The position numbers were made by a program, and so were the translations under genes. DNA of 62,968 nt, the filler included, from Octopus bimaculoides (taxonomy: Eukaryota), in the NCBI RefSeq assembly GCF_001194135.2. It is 7 parts of 7 records of this genome, joined end to end, with 100 filler letters (N's around TTAATTAATTAA, not from the genome) between each part and the next. Parts side by side here need not be neighbours in the genome. Positions count along the whole stretch, not along the records: positions 26,747 to 38,453 come from NC_068983.1; positions 38,554 to 48,835 come from NC_068995.1; 5 more parts are not named here. One strand, given 5' to 3'. Numbering within the stretch: the stretch's first letter is position 1; each line of letters starts with the position of its first letter. The notes under the pieces were generated by a model. The model did not search any database. It saw nothing but the letters and a program-made list of their open reading frames with translations, and was not told where the DNA came from. Shown in pieces: positions 34,831-48,812 of the stretch.

Positions 34831-36086
34831 TAAAAGGATAATCTAGTATTAGTTAACATTGTTTAAATTTAATCTTATCACCAATGTAAATAAACGCTGG
34901 CGGAGTGGGGGTTACTTTGATTTGCACATCTGAACTTCTCAAATAGTGTCACGAAACAATCTACCCCCCTTGTCACCCACGTATACCACTTTAAGGCTGA
35001 GAGCATACCCTGGCCCTTAGTTGGTGGTAGAACTCCCTTCACGGAAAATTGATGATCCTGTCAACTGTTGCCGTGAATCAATCACTATGTTATACCACAA
35101 TGATATCTCCTTACTAAATTGTTTCTCTGACATAATTTCTATGCGCCGACATAAGTTCCATAAAACTTGTCATTAAATTCTTATATTTTAGAGTATGAAC
35201 TAACTTCTTTCTTTTCCTTTTTAGTTTTAACTCTTGCTCGTAGCAACAATAATACACTATCGCAATTCTCCCACGCTTCTCCCACTCCCCTCTCTCTCTT
35301 ACCAGCACACCATACACCCCTCCCCCACTCTACTGACTTGTATCCTTGTACGATAGCGCCATTGTTCGCGTAACCTTCATCTGCTTTTCTTTAATATCCA
35401 CTTATCTGTGCTATTGATATTTACCACCTACCGCTGTGCTTTTCCCTATTTTCTACACTTTGACAGACCACCTTGTTATCTTGGTCACTTCCTTCCGTTA
35501 TAATTTTCCTTATCTCTCTTTTCTCTGGTTATTGTAAACTGATTCTTTCATGGTACTAATTCCTTTTTAATTACTCACCTCTCTCCTTCTTTCCATATTT
35601 CCCTCTAGTTTTTTTTTCACCACCTCCCTGTAAAAACTATTTTGAAATACGCTTTTAATCACATTTTTTCGATGAAGATAATCTGGCCTTATCTATCGGA
35701 TCCATAGAAACTTGTATTATTCCGTACACCTAAACATTGTGGATTTTTATCATATAATGAACGTAGTTACGGTATAAACCACGGTTAACCTGAAACAGCT
35801 GTCAAGATAAGACTTTTACATAACTTCTTTTGCCTATTTTGTATAATTTATTCTGTACTCTGTATTTTGTATTGCATGTAAACATACTCATAAGCTTATT
35901 TGTTTTTATCCGTCTTTCTACTTCTATACTTGCTCGACTAGGATTATTCTTCTAGCCAACTTTCTACATCGAAGGTACCAGCCCCGTTGAAGGATTTGGA
36001 ATTAAAGTTCTCATTTGGCTCCGTGAATATCTATACCAACCTAGCTTTAGCGTTCTTCAACACGGATACATACACGCACGCGCACA

Positions 36087-36136
<50 letters not shown>

Positions 36137-36679
36137 TGTGAGAGCGCCAGACGTCTTTCGGTCATTTTGGGTTTTTTTCAATGGCGCGTACTCACAGCCG
36201 GCTACATGTCCGAAGGAGAATTCATCGTCTCTCATAGAGGAAAAAATGAAAACCACAGTCACTACTGTTTGCGAATTGCCGCCCGGCTGAATAAAAATCC
36301 GGTATGCATAAAAGTTTGTAGAGATTCACTAAGATAACCAACTCAGGTAAAATAGCTTATCTGCTGAATTGGACTCTACTCTGACCCTGTTCATTCTTCA
36401 CTAAACCGAATGTGTTTTATAACGTGTAGCCGATCTTAACGAAGCTCTTCCATGTTTGGTGCGAACTTTGCAAAGCTACTATTCATTTTAAATAACGGTC
36501 AGTTCTGGGACGTATGCACTGGAACAGAGAAACGGCTATTTTAGCAGCCTAACAATTTTGCTCAACTAGTCTATCTTAGCGACGTTCTACTAACTTTGGT
36601 ATATGTGCATCTACAACATACTTTCCAGAATGTAAATATACATACATATGTACACACACACACTCATAGAATACACACA

Positions 36680-36751
<72 letters not shown>

Positions 36752-37601
36752 GGTAGATAGATAGATAGTTAGATAGATATATTGAAAGACAAACACATAT
36801 ACACATTTACCCGTATATGTACTTCTATATACACAAGCACACACACACATCTATGTATATAGGTTAATGAATCTTCGCACAAAAACACACGCACACATAC
36901 GAATATATTTATATAGGTTATGGAACGTACGTGACAAATATACGCCAAAACCACACACACAAACACAGAGTTCATATGTGGCTATATCAAACTGCGCATC
37001 TTTTTACTCGAGTACATGTAAGCGTTATCTTTGACACACTCTTATATTTCAAAACCGATTTTCTCTTCTTTGAAAAGACCTCGATTTTCTGTTTCTTATA
37101 TTTTTAAAAATAAATTTTAGTCTTTCTTTCTTCCTTTCTTTCTTCCTTTCTTTCTTTCTTCCTTTCTTTCTTTCTTCCTTTCTTTATTTCTTTATTTCTT
37201 TCTTTCTTGCATTAAAAAAAAAGAAAAGCAGCATTTCTAATTAAAACTCAAGTTTGTCAGAAACGCTATCAAATTACGGTTTAGAGAAAAAGTCAAAAGA
37301 CTATCTGGTCGTAAACCCAAACTGACATTCATGCACGCACGCACACACACACAACACACGCGCGCACACACACACGCGCGGCCACGCACGCACACACGTG
37401 CACATAGACACAAGCACACTAAGAGATGTATATACTTACACACTCCCATATTTAGGCTTTCCACCAACCAAAACGTGAGTAAACACACACAAACACATGT
37501 ATACACACATATAACATATACATTATATATATATTTAATGTACATATATATTCACGTACATATATATATATACACATATGCCTTTACACACACTCACGGA
37601 T

Positions 37602-37633
<32 letters not shown>

Positions 37634-37654
37634 ACACACACACACATACACACA

Positions 37655-37703
<49 letters not shown>

Positions 37704-38356
37704 ACACACACACACACACTCTCTCTCAGACAAATCAGAAAAGCCAGAAAACAGGCAAACAACAAAGAACAAGAAAAACACCAAAAGAACAAAAGATCGA
37801 CAACATAAAGGAACCGAAATAAAGGATGTGGGGGTGGGGAAGACGGGGATTGAGATGGTGGTTTGTGGAGTAGCAGATTGGGTGGGGGGTGGGGGGCAGT
37901 TGTTGTTGTTGGTGGTAGTGATGGTGGAGTAGGTAGTTGATCTACACTGAGAGTAAATTCTTTAATTTGGTAAAGCATCATATTTACAATGTTTTTGGAA
38001 AGCCTGACACAATGCTCCACAGAAAGTGAAGCTAAAAAGAATAAATAAAAAAAATTAAAAAAATGAACAAAAAACGGAAAAGGCCAAAAAAAAAAAGATT
38101 CTAATTAACGAAGTAAAACACGTTGACTTCTCTGAACATTTGGAAATAGTTTCTTCTCTGTTTCTCTGGTAATCCTCTTTACTACGTCTGTTTACGTATT
38201 TATGTTTACTAAATAATCACGTACGTACCCATGCTCACAGACTCACGTACTCATATACTCAACATATACAATACACAGATGTACGCATGCATGCGCACAC
38301 GTGTGTGTATATGTTTATTATACACACACACACATGCTTACACACACACACACATG

Positions 38357-38387
<31 letters not shown>

Positions 38388-38559
38388 AGGTATATGTTAA
38401 TAACACCTAGAAGGAGGTGCTTTTCCATTCACCAAGGTGAATATATATATATANNNNNNNNNNNNNNNNNNNNNNNNNNNNNNNNNNNNNNNNNNNNTTA
38501 ATTAATTAANNNNNNNNNNNNNNNNNNNNNNNNNNNNNNNNNNNNNNNNNNNNAGCAGA

Positions 38560-39050
38560 AAAATAAGAGAAAATGCACATTGGAAATTAAAAAAAGTAAA
38601 GGCTTTTTATGAAAAGTAACGATAGATATATACAATTAGATGAACTGAGGTAGGAATAAAGGTAATAAAAGTCATTATTGTGAGTTGTTAAAGAGATTTA
38701 AAAGCATACCGGTTTCGTAATATTACTAGTCATTGCTTTGAGTATACACCGAATTCTGAACGGTGTCAAGTCTATAAGTCCCTTAGTAAAAAGATTATGT
38801 GTAAGGGAGGTAAGTAGTTCTGGATTTGGTGCAATTAGGGTAGATCTGGATTTGTAGTGTGAATGGTGTATGGGATGTACAGGGGTTAGTGATATTAAAT
38901 GGAAGATTAGTGGTGTTCTACAATATGTTATGTGTTCATATTTACTTGAGGAAGATATTTATTAATGAAAATTGCCTCTTTATTCAGTCTTTGTTGTGTT
39001 GATGTGTTCTGTGAACATTGATAGAAGGGAAAAATTAGGAAATTATGATT
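38560..39050 (-). mobile_element. Penelope-like remnant (GIY-YIG C-terminus plus downstream region)
   Basis: The minus strand near 39045-38935 reads FLIFPFYQCSQNTSTQQRLNKEAIFINKYLPQVNMNT*, homologous to the 3911-4204 fragment. Confidence 0.6.
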
Positions 39051-39163
39051 AAGATATATATATAATTTAAAAAATTATCCACAGATGATATGAACAGTAG
39101 TGACATCTGACTTCAAATCTCAGTATTTGAATGTTTTGCTTATATATATATATATACAACATA

Positions 39164-39208
<45 letters not shown>

Positions 39209-39706
39209 NNNNNNNNNNNNNNNNNNNNNNNNNNNNNNNNNNNNNNNNNNNNNNNNNNNNNNNNNNNNNNNNNNNNNNNNNNNNNNNNNNNNNNNNNNNN
39301 NNNNNNNNAGCACACCGGATAAAACGTTTAATGGTATTTCTTCTGGTCACTGACCCGAGTTCAAATTCCGCTGAGATCGATTTTGCACTTCATCCTTTCG
39401 GAGTCAATGAAATACGTACCAGTCAAATGCTGGAGATTGATGTAATCGAATAGCCCCCACCTTCCCCAAAAATTTCAGGTCATGTGCTTGTGGCAGAAAT
39501 GATTATTGTTATTATTATTATTGGGAAGGTGGACAGAGGTATTTAGTTAGTTGTGGTATTTAGAAAGTTTTCAGCTTGCAGAATCGTTAGCACGCTGGAC
39601 GAAATGCTTAGAGGTATTTCGCCCCTCGCTACGTTCTGAGTTCAAATTCCGCCGAGGTTGACTTTGCCTTTCATCCTTTCGAGTACCAGTGAAACACTGG
39701 GGTCGA

Positions 39707-39905
39707 TGTATATTATATATATTTGTAAGTCCTGGTGTTTTTGTTATGTATTTGTCTGAATATTTTTTTTTATTATACCTAAGGCACCTACTATGATAGG
39801 AATTATTTCTGTTTTTAGATTCCACATTCGAGTTACCTCTATTTCCAGGTCTTTGTATTTTGAAAGTTTTTCCATTTCTTTTAGAGAAACGTTGTCATCT
39901 GCTGG

Positions 39906-39906
<1 letters not shown>
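39707..39906 (-). mobile_element. Short Dong/R4 RLE fragment, truncated at both ends
   Basis: PADDNVSLKEMEKLSKYKDLEIEVTRMWNLKTEIIPIIVGALGIIKK; (ATT)n at its 5' junction. Confidence 0.82.
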
Positions 39907-39949
<43 letters not shown>

Positions 39950-40763
39950 GGAAGGTGGACACTGTATTTAGTTAGGGACCGTTATGTTTGGAGTTCGAAT
40001 CTCGCTGGGGTTAAGCGTCAGTCTTTCTCTTTCAAGGTCGATTAAAGTACCAGTCAAATACTGAGGTTGACAACTATTCCTCTTGTGCCTTTAATGATTA
40101 TTACTGATGATGTATAAACAGCGTGGGGTTTCTTACGTTCCGGGTTTAAATTCTTTCAGGATCGATAAAATAAAGTATCTACCATATACGGAGGTCGAAT
40201 GGACCCTTCTATATATAATTTCCTTGTTTGTAATGTTTCTTTTAGGTTTTTTTTATTTTGACTCCCTCCCATCCCTTTTTTTATTCCAGGTAACCCCCAC
40301 ACCCATCAGTTTTTTTGATTTCGTACTTGTATTGTTCCCAAAATCTTGGACCCTTGAAGTCAATAAAATCGATAATATTCTCTTTGTCACGTTATGTGTA
40401 CGAGGGTTACTTCCTGACGAAACTCGAGGAACACCCGCGAAGACTTAATCGAAATGTTTAACTTAATCAATTAACGTTATGAAGATCGATAAGTTATTTT
40501 AAAATCAAGATACAGCACAAAAAAAATTCCATGATTTATAATTTTTTTTACTACTTTTTGTAGATTCTTTTACTCGTTTCCATCATTCCACTGCAGCCGT
40601 GCTAGGGCACCGCCCAGAAGAATTTCAGTTGAACGAATCGACCCCAGTACTTTTACATTCTTCAAGCCTGATACTTATTCTACCGGTCTCTTATACCGAA
40701 CTGCTAAGTTATGGAGAGGTAAACGCACGAACATCGGTTGTCAAGCAATGGTGGGAGGCAAAG

Positions 40764-40800
<37 letters not shown>

Positions 40801-41639
40801 CATACACGACGGGTTTCTTTCAGTTTCCCGCAACCAAATTCACTTACAAGGCTTTGGTCGGCCCGAGGCTATAGTAGAAGATACTTGCCCAAGGTGCCAA
40901 GCAGTGGGGAAGACATTGTGCTCCTGAGTTCAAATCTCACCGAGGTCAATTTTGCCTTTCATAACGTCTAGCTCTATAAACTAAAGTACCTCAGGTACTT
41001 GAGTCGATGGATCTGCTTGCCCCTCCCCTCATACTCGAAGTTAGAAACAATTAGTACTATAGGATGGGTGGGGATGCGGTGGAGTGGTTGATGGATGTGA
41101 AATTTAGTAAGACATCCTTACGTTCTGNNNNNNNNNNNNNNNNNNNNNNNNNNNNNNNNNNNNNNNNNNNNNNNNNNNNNNNNNNNNNNNNNNNNNNNNN
41201 NNNNNNNNNNNNNNNNNNNNNNNNNNNNNNNNNNNNNNNNNNNNNNNNNNNNNNNNNNNNNNNNNNNNNNNNNNNNNNNNNNNNNNNNNNNNNNNNNNNN
41301 NNNNNNNNNNNNNNNNNNNNNNNNNNNNNNNNNNNNNNNNNNNNNNNNNNNNNNNNNNNNNNNNNNNNNNNNNNNNNNNNNNNNNNNNNNNNNNNNNNNN
41401 NNNNNNNNNNNNNNNNNNNNNNNNNNNNNNNNNNNNNNNNNNNNNNNNNNNNNNNNNNNNNNNNNNNNNNNNNNNNNNNNNNNNNNNNNNNNNNNNNNNN
41501 NNNNNNNNNNNNNNNNNNNNNNNNNNNNNNNNNNNNNNNNNNNNNNNNNNNNNNNNNNNNNNNNNNNNNNNNNNNNNNNNNNNNNNNNNNNNNNNNNNNN
41601 NNNNNNNNNNNNNNNNNNNNNNNNNNNNNNNNNNNNNNN

Positions 41640-41685
<46 letters not shown>

Positions 41686-44600
41686 AGACACTATAAATCT
41701 TTTAACAAGGAAGCACTAGTCTTTATTTCAAGACCGGCTTTTTTTCTTTATTGGAGGAATTAAAAAAAAAATTACATTATATACACGCACACACATATTT
41801 ATATATATGTGTGTGTGTGTGTGTGTGTGAAAGAGGGGGGAATATGGATGTGCGTGTATATCCATCTATATATGTATGCCAGTATGTACGGACTAATGCG
41901 CGTGTATGTACATGTGCGTGTATATAAATTAATTTTATTATTATTAGGAAAACATTATTATCATCATTATTATTACTACTACTACTACTACTACTATTGA
42001 CAGTAACCACAAAGGTCTACCGGTAATTGACAGTGTCAGACATAACTTCGAAGTCACTATCAACAAGTTATTAATAACATCTGTCTCCTAGCGAGTCTTT
42101 TTTTTCTTTAGCTCATATTCTCATATTCACATTTATGTATGTATATTTACACACACACACACACACACACACATGTACGTAAGAACACATGCATGTGTGT
42201 ATGCACGTGTACATGCACTTAAACATATGGAAAGGAAAGTAAAATACCTTCAACAACAGTCACTATCCACACACACACACACACACACACATCCTGTCAC
42301 TTTTACAAGTTGTGATGACCCTTACGTACCTTAAAAACAAATTATAGAGCTCCTGTTTTGACAGACTAACAGGTGAGACAGACAACTGATAGTGTGCACC
42401 TGTCTATGTGCGCGTTTAAGTGCGTGTGTGTACCCTCGGGCCGACCAAAGCCTTGTGAGTTAATTTATTAGACGGAAACTGAAAGAAGCTCGTCGTATAT
42501 ATATATATAGATCTATATATATATATAACAAATAATAAATGAGTATATGCATATGTACGTACAGGTATGTGCATACCTACGTCTACCTGTATATATAGGT
42601 GCATATCTGGGTACAGGACATTGCATACAAAACATGTGCGTATTATGCGTATGTGTCTCCCCCCACACACACACACACCACTACCACCATCGCATGACAA
42701 CTGATGTTGCTGTGTTAACGTTCTGATAGAACAAGTACTAAGTCTTACAAAGAATAGGTCCTAGGGTCGATTTCTTCAACTAATAACCCTTTAACATGGC
42801 CACAGTCAAATGACTGAAACAAGGAAAAGAATAAAAGAATAAAATAATAAAATAATACACACATAAACAAATGCGATACTTTATTCTGTTCCCTTCGATC
42901 TGCAAATGAGGGCTTGCAGAAACATGTTTTTTTCTTATATGATGTGCAAAATATATACGCATACGGTGGGTGTATATATTATATTTTACCTTATACTTTA
43001 GTCAACAACAATTTATGAAAGTTTCCTCTGGTAGGTAGATTTTCTAATTTTCGGCATCAATTTATCTGAGTATGTGATATGGTTAACCCTGGGTCAGCCC
43101 TGATCCAGCAAACTTATAATCAAAAGGCGTTCCAGTCGTGACCGTCTGGTCGATCTTGGTAAATGTGAAAAAAACAATGCTGGTATCCTGGAGCGATTTG
43201 AACTCAGTACCTGAAAAACTGTTTTTGTATTTTAATATCTGAATAAGACAGGTGTTTGAGCGGCATCGACCTTCGCTCCTCGAATGGATAGAATGTTAAG
43301 GCGACCTAAGCAGGTTTCGAACTCAGCTACATGACAATACTTCATCAAGTTATTGAGTCCAATGACGTTCCATCGATTTCACTAATCCTAAGCTTACATG
43401 TAGATTAAATAAACCTCTTATATGTAGATTAAATATAGATTATAACCGGCTTGTGTTTGCTGCCCCAAACTGCCAGAAATAGCAGCCCAATTTCCCCTTA
43501 AATCATACTCTACATTAAGGCACGTCGGATAAATGTAGCGATGATATAAATGGGTGATAAAAAAATATGGGAGGGCCACGACTAGAGTGTCTTTGTAATG
43601 TCTAGTCGATCAGAGATGGGTTAAACAATTAGATAAACCACGAAATGAATATTCAGGTGTGTGTGAGTAGCAACTTTGGTAAATGTTTTTGTTATTGTTT
43701 GGAGCTGTTATTTATATGTTTGTTCAGTAAATATATCCAGCACTTAAAAGTTCTAAAGTGTGTGTGTGTGTGTNNNNNNNNNNNNNNNNNNNNNNNNNNN
43801 NNNNNNNNNNNNNNNNNNNNNNNNNNNNNNNNNNNNNNNNNNNNNNNNNNNNNNNNNNNNNNNNNNNNNNNNNNNNNNNNNNNNNNNNNNNNNNNNNNNN
43901 NNNNNNNNNNNNNNNNNNNNNNNNNNNNNNNNNNNNNNNNNNNNNNNNNNNNNNNNNNNNNNNNNNNNNNNNNNNNNNNNNNNNNNNNNNNNNNNNNNNN
44001 NNNNNNNNNNNNNNNNNNNNNNNNNNNNNNNNNNNNNNNNNNNNNNNNNNNNNNNNNNNNNNNNNNNNNNNNNNNNNNNNNNNNNNNNNNNNNNNNNNNN
44101 NNNNNNNNNNNNNNNNNNNNNNNNNNNNNNNNNNNNNNNNNNNNNNNNNNNNNNNNNNNNNNNNNNNNNNNNNNNNNNNNNNNNNNNNNNNNNNNNNNNN
44201 NNNNNNNNNNCAAATAAATTAATTAATAAATGAATGAATAAATAAATAAATAAAGTTGTTTTTCGAAAAAGTTAAATACATTTAAAAATTAAGATTTATA
44301 AAGTTTAACGAATTTTGGGATACCGTCTTGGATTGCGAATGAAATGAGTTAAAAACGGGTTACAAAGCTAACGTGATTCTTGGTTTTAGAAATCCATTCT
44401 TATCTACTGCCGCTGTCACCTTGTCGTGACCCTGGGTTATAAGTTAGATAATAACTATCCTTTGTGACCCCTTAATAACTATTAAAAATATATCTTCGGA
44501 CTGGGGAAGATTAAATGTTTTCTCACACTTATTGTCAAAAACTCAAGAACTTTATTTCACACACACACAGACACAGACACACACACACACACACACAGAC

Positions 44601-45269
44601 ATCTTGTTTCAGTCATTAGACTGCGGCCATGCTGAGGCATCGATTTACAACAGAGACCAAAAAAACATACACCTACAGATTCCGAACACGAGAAGCGAAC
44701 CAGGTATCTATCGCTTGCCGGTCGACGGGTTTGTTTGTTTTTTTTTGTTTTTTTTTCCTGTGTAAGGTCGAACTTCGAAACAACGTGCGTGTGTGTGTGT
44801 GTGTTAAAAGAAATTTTTAGTTAAAATAAAATAATGAAAACTTCAAAATGAAAATCTTTTTAGTTTGGATCCAAAGTTGACTTACGTTGGTTGGATGGAG
44901 AATTTCTGCGATTTCTATGAATGGAAGGGAATACACCGAACCAAACTCCTCCAATTGATAAGTAATAATGATAATAATAATAATAATAATAGTTATAATA
45001 AATATGATAACAGTAATTGTTTCAATTATATGTTATAAGTATTATTTTTCTGTTTTTTAAAGGACGGCTATTCCTCAGTGAAATAAAGTCTAGATAGGTA
45101 GGTAGATAGATAGACAGATAGAAAGATAGATAGACAGACAGTATATTGTATCCGTGTTGTTATTTCGATAGTTTTCAAGCAAGTGTCGAAAGAGAGAAGA
45201 GCAACAGATAAAATATTTGATTCGCTTTCGTTGCTATCCGTTGTTTAGCGCCTCATGGTGTTGTTAGGC

Positions 45270-45709
45270 AGGTTTGAGAGAAACATGGAGAGAGAGAGAG
45301 GGGGGAGGGATAGAGAGAGGCTGCGAGGGTGAAGAGAGAGAGGCGGGAAGGGAGAGTAGAGAGAGTGTGTGTGTGTGTGAGGAAGAGATATAAGATAACA
45401 GTGAAAGAGGAAAAGGCTGAAAGAAAGGGGTAAGAGAGGTGACGTAGGAAAGACAGAGAGTGAGAGAGAGAGAGAGGGAAATGGGAAAAGGGAGGGAAGT
45501 TCTTTCATGACAGAGAGGGGGGATACTAACTCTCTCTCTTTCTCTCCCTCTCTCTCACACACAACCACGCGTAGAAAGATAAGCTTGTGGTGAAGGGGAG
45601 ATAGAAAAAGCATGGTGAAGCAGAGGGAGTAGGAAGGAGTAAGAGGGAGAGGAGATATGTTTAAGGGAAGAGGGGAGTAACTGACAGAAAAACACAAAGT
45701 TACGTTAAG

Positions 45710-45743
<34 letters not shown>

Positions 45744-46381
45744 AGCGCGGTAAGAGATACGCAAGATTACACAGAACGTGATGGCATGGGGAGGGGGAAG
45801 GAGACATATGTATGTGTGAGGAGAGAGAGAGAGAAGAAAACAGAGTAAGAGAGAAATAGAGAAAGACGGGGAGGGATTAGATCGGTAGATACAGTGAGAG
45901 GGTAGAAGAGAGGCGGAGAGAGGGAAGAAGGGGAGAGGATTGCTTGAACGTTTAGTTATTTAACCTTAGGTAAGGACTAATCGAGTGCCTTCCTGATCAG
46001 AGACGCTCCAGTTATGACCGTTCCTTCTTTTATAGAATATAAAAGTACACTATCAGCCAATGTGTCTTACATGTGTTTAAATAGGAAAAAAAATGTGTGA
46101 TTTTAGGGGGATTTGGTGGGTATTTCTAGCAGGGGTGGATTGAGCACGCAGAGGTTTAAGAAAGGAGGGAGTGGGAAGGTAAAGAAAGAGAGGGAGAGGG
46201 AGGAGGGGGAGGTAGAAAGGAAGAAGTTGATAGGGCGTAAAGGTGTGAGGGAGAAGAAAGAGGGATGAAAGGGGGAGAGAGAGGGGAAGGGGTGAGAGTA
46301 TAAGATACACGGGGGGGGAAGCTGGAGGTACGGCAGAGGAAGAGAAAGAGAAAGAGAAGGTATAAGAGGAAAAAAGTTGCG

Positions 46382-46413
<32 letters not shown>

Positions 46414-46900
46414 AAGATAGAAAGAAAGAAAGAGACAAAGTAACAGTAAATTATGAGAGAGATGTAATACAGAGAGAGAGGGGGGATTATAGATTGAATA
46501 AAATACAAGAGAGAGAGAGGGTGGGGAGTTTGAGATATAAAGTGAAAGGGGAAAAGGGAAGGGGAGGAAGAAAAAAAGAGAGAAAGAAGGGAAAAGCAAG
46601 AAAAAGATAGAAGAGGCAGAGAGAGAGAGAGAGAAAGATGCGGCTGCCAGTTGTTTGCTGTTTGCTAGGAGTCTATTAAGCTTTCAGCTGATGATAGAAA
46701 ACCTGTTGTAAAACACAGTTGCCATTCATTCATCTTTCTTCCTCTCTCTCCCTCTCTCCTTCTACTCCTCCTCCTCCTCTCTCTCTCTCTCTCTCTCTCT
46801 GTCTTTTTCTTTCTTCTTATTATTTCTCCCTCCCTCCCTCTCTCTCTCTCTTTACCCTTCGTAAACCTTCATTCACGCATTTAACTTACTCCAGGCTTGC
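45270..46900. repeat. Long polypurine (GA-rich) tract that switches to polypyrimidine near 46700
   Basis: gagagaga/ggaag-rich low complexity 45270-46650; ctctct-rich 46720-46860. Confidence 0.8.
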
Positions 46901-47236
46901 ATAAAATCGACACGCAACATTGTCCTCAAACGAACACCCACGCATGCACATGTAATATATATATATAATATACATATATAATATATATATATATATTATA
47001 TATATATACTCTTTTTTACTCTTTTACTTGTTTCAGTCATTTGACTGCGGCCATGCTTGCAGTCACCGCCTTTAGTCGAGCAAATCGACCCCAGGACTTA
47101 TTCTTTGAAAGCCTAGTACTTATTCTATCGGTTTTTTTTTGCCGAACCGCTAAGTTACGGGGACGTAAACACACCAGCATCGGTTGTCAAACGATGTTGG
47201 TGGGGACAAACGTAGACACGCAATATACACACACAT

Positions 47237-47273
<37 letters not shown>

Positions 47274-48116
47274 TACGACGGGCTTCTTTCAGTTTCCGTC
47301 TACCAAATCCACTCACAAGGCTTTGGTCGGCCCGAGGCTATAGTAGAAGACACTTGCCCAAGNNNNNNNNNNNNNNNNNNNNNNNNNNNNNNNNNNNNNN
47401 NNNNNNNNNNNNNNNNNNNNNNNNNNNNNNNNNNNNNNNNNNNNNNNNNNNNNNNNNNNNNNNNNNNNNNNNNNNNNNNNNNNNNNNNNNNNNNNNNNNN
47501 NNNNNNNNNNNNNNNNNNNNNNNNNNNNNNNNNNNNNNNNNNNNNNNNNNNNNNNNNNNNNNNNNNNNNNNNNNNNNNNNNNNNNNNNNNNNNNNNNNNN
47601 NNNNNNNNNNNNNNNNNNNNNNNNNNNNNNNNNNNNNNNNNNNNNNNNNNNNNNNNNNNNNNNNNNNNNNNNNNNNNNNNNNNNNNNNNNNNNNNNNNNN
47701 NNNNNNNNNNNNNNNNNNNNNNNNNNNNNNNNNNNNNNNNNNNNNNNNNNNNNNNNNNNNNNNNNNNNNNNNNNNNNNNNNNNNNNNNNNNNNNNNNNNN
47801 NNNNNNNNNNNNNNNNNNNNNNNNNNNNNNNNNNNNNNNNNNNNNNNNNNNNNNNNNNNNNNNNNNNNNNNNNNNNNNNNNNNNNNNNNNNNNNNNNNNN
47901 NNNNNNNNNNNNNNNNNNNNNNNNNNNNNNNNNNNNNNNNNNNNNNNNNNNNNNNNNNNNNNNNNNNNNNNNNNNNNNNNNNNNNNNNNNNNNNNNNNNN
48001 NNNNNNNNNNNNNNNNNNNNNNNNNNNNNNNNNNNNNNNNNNNNNNNNNNNNNNNNNNNNNNNNNNNNNNNNNNNNNNNNNNNNNNNNNNNNNNNNNNNN
48101 NNNNNNNNNNNNNNNN

Positions 48117-48812
48117 AAATGAGTATATGCATATATACGTACAGGTATATGCATACCTACGTCTACCTGTATATATAGGTGCATATCTGGGTACAGGACA
48201 TTGCAAACAAAACGTAGACAAGAAAATAATAATAACCAGAGTACAGAAAACACACGAGCCACATAGAGAACATTCTACTTCATCAGCTACCCCTGTTTTA
48301 AGACCGGCGTTTCGAAGAGTTGGGCAGGACGCATCGTTAAAACGGCTCTTCCCATGGACCGCAAATTAAATTTGTATACACAAATTAAACCTGCGCCATG
48401 GAGGAATGTAGTGGTGGACAGAAAACAAGACAGGAAAATAAACGGAAAAGAAAACAAGACAGGGAAACAAACGGAAAAGGCTATGCGGCCAGACGTGAAA
48501 AATTATGTGTATATGAACGCTGTGAGGCACGAACTGAAAGTAGGGACGAAGTAAGTTCGCGTGTTTGCTCGGCGATAGATATATTAACGATGCGTCCTGC
48601 CCTAACTCTTCGAAACGCCAGTGTTGAATGGTGGCAGCTGATGAAGGAAATGTTCTCTATGTGGCGTGTGTGTTTTCTGTACTTGTTTATCATTTTGTCT
48701 ACGTTTTGTTTGCAATGTCCTGTACCCAGATATGCATCTATATATATATACAGGTAGATGTAAGTATGTACATACATGTACGTATATATGCATATATTCA
48801 TTTATTATTTGT
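48117..48812. mobile_element. Foldback: two inverted copies (about 225 bp) of a dispersed repeat around a 243-bp spacer; third partial copy at 42528-42635
   Basis: 48117-48340 is the reverse complement of 48584-48812 (gggcaggacgcatcgttaa / ttaacgatgcgtcctgccc; tgggtacaggacattgca / tgcaatgtcctgtaccca). Confidence 0.8.

Noticed and set aside
48598-48650. Hammerhead in the 48-kb foldback arm (CGAAACG...CTGATGAAG)
   Set aside because: The core halves are in permuted order, stem I cannot pair, and the triplet is GCC.
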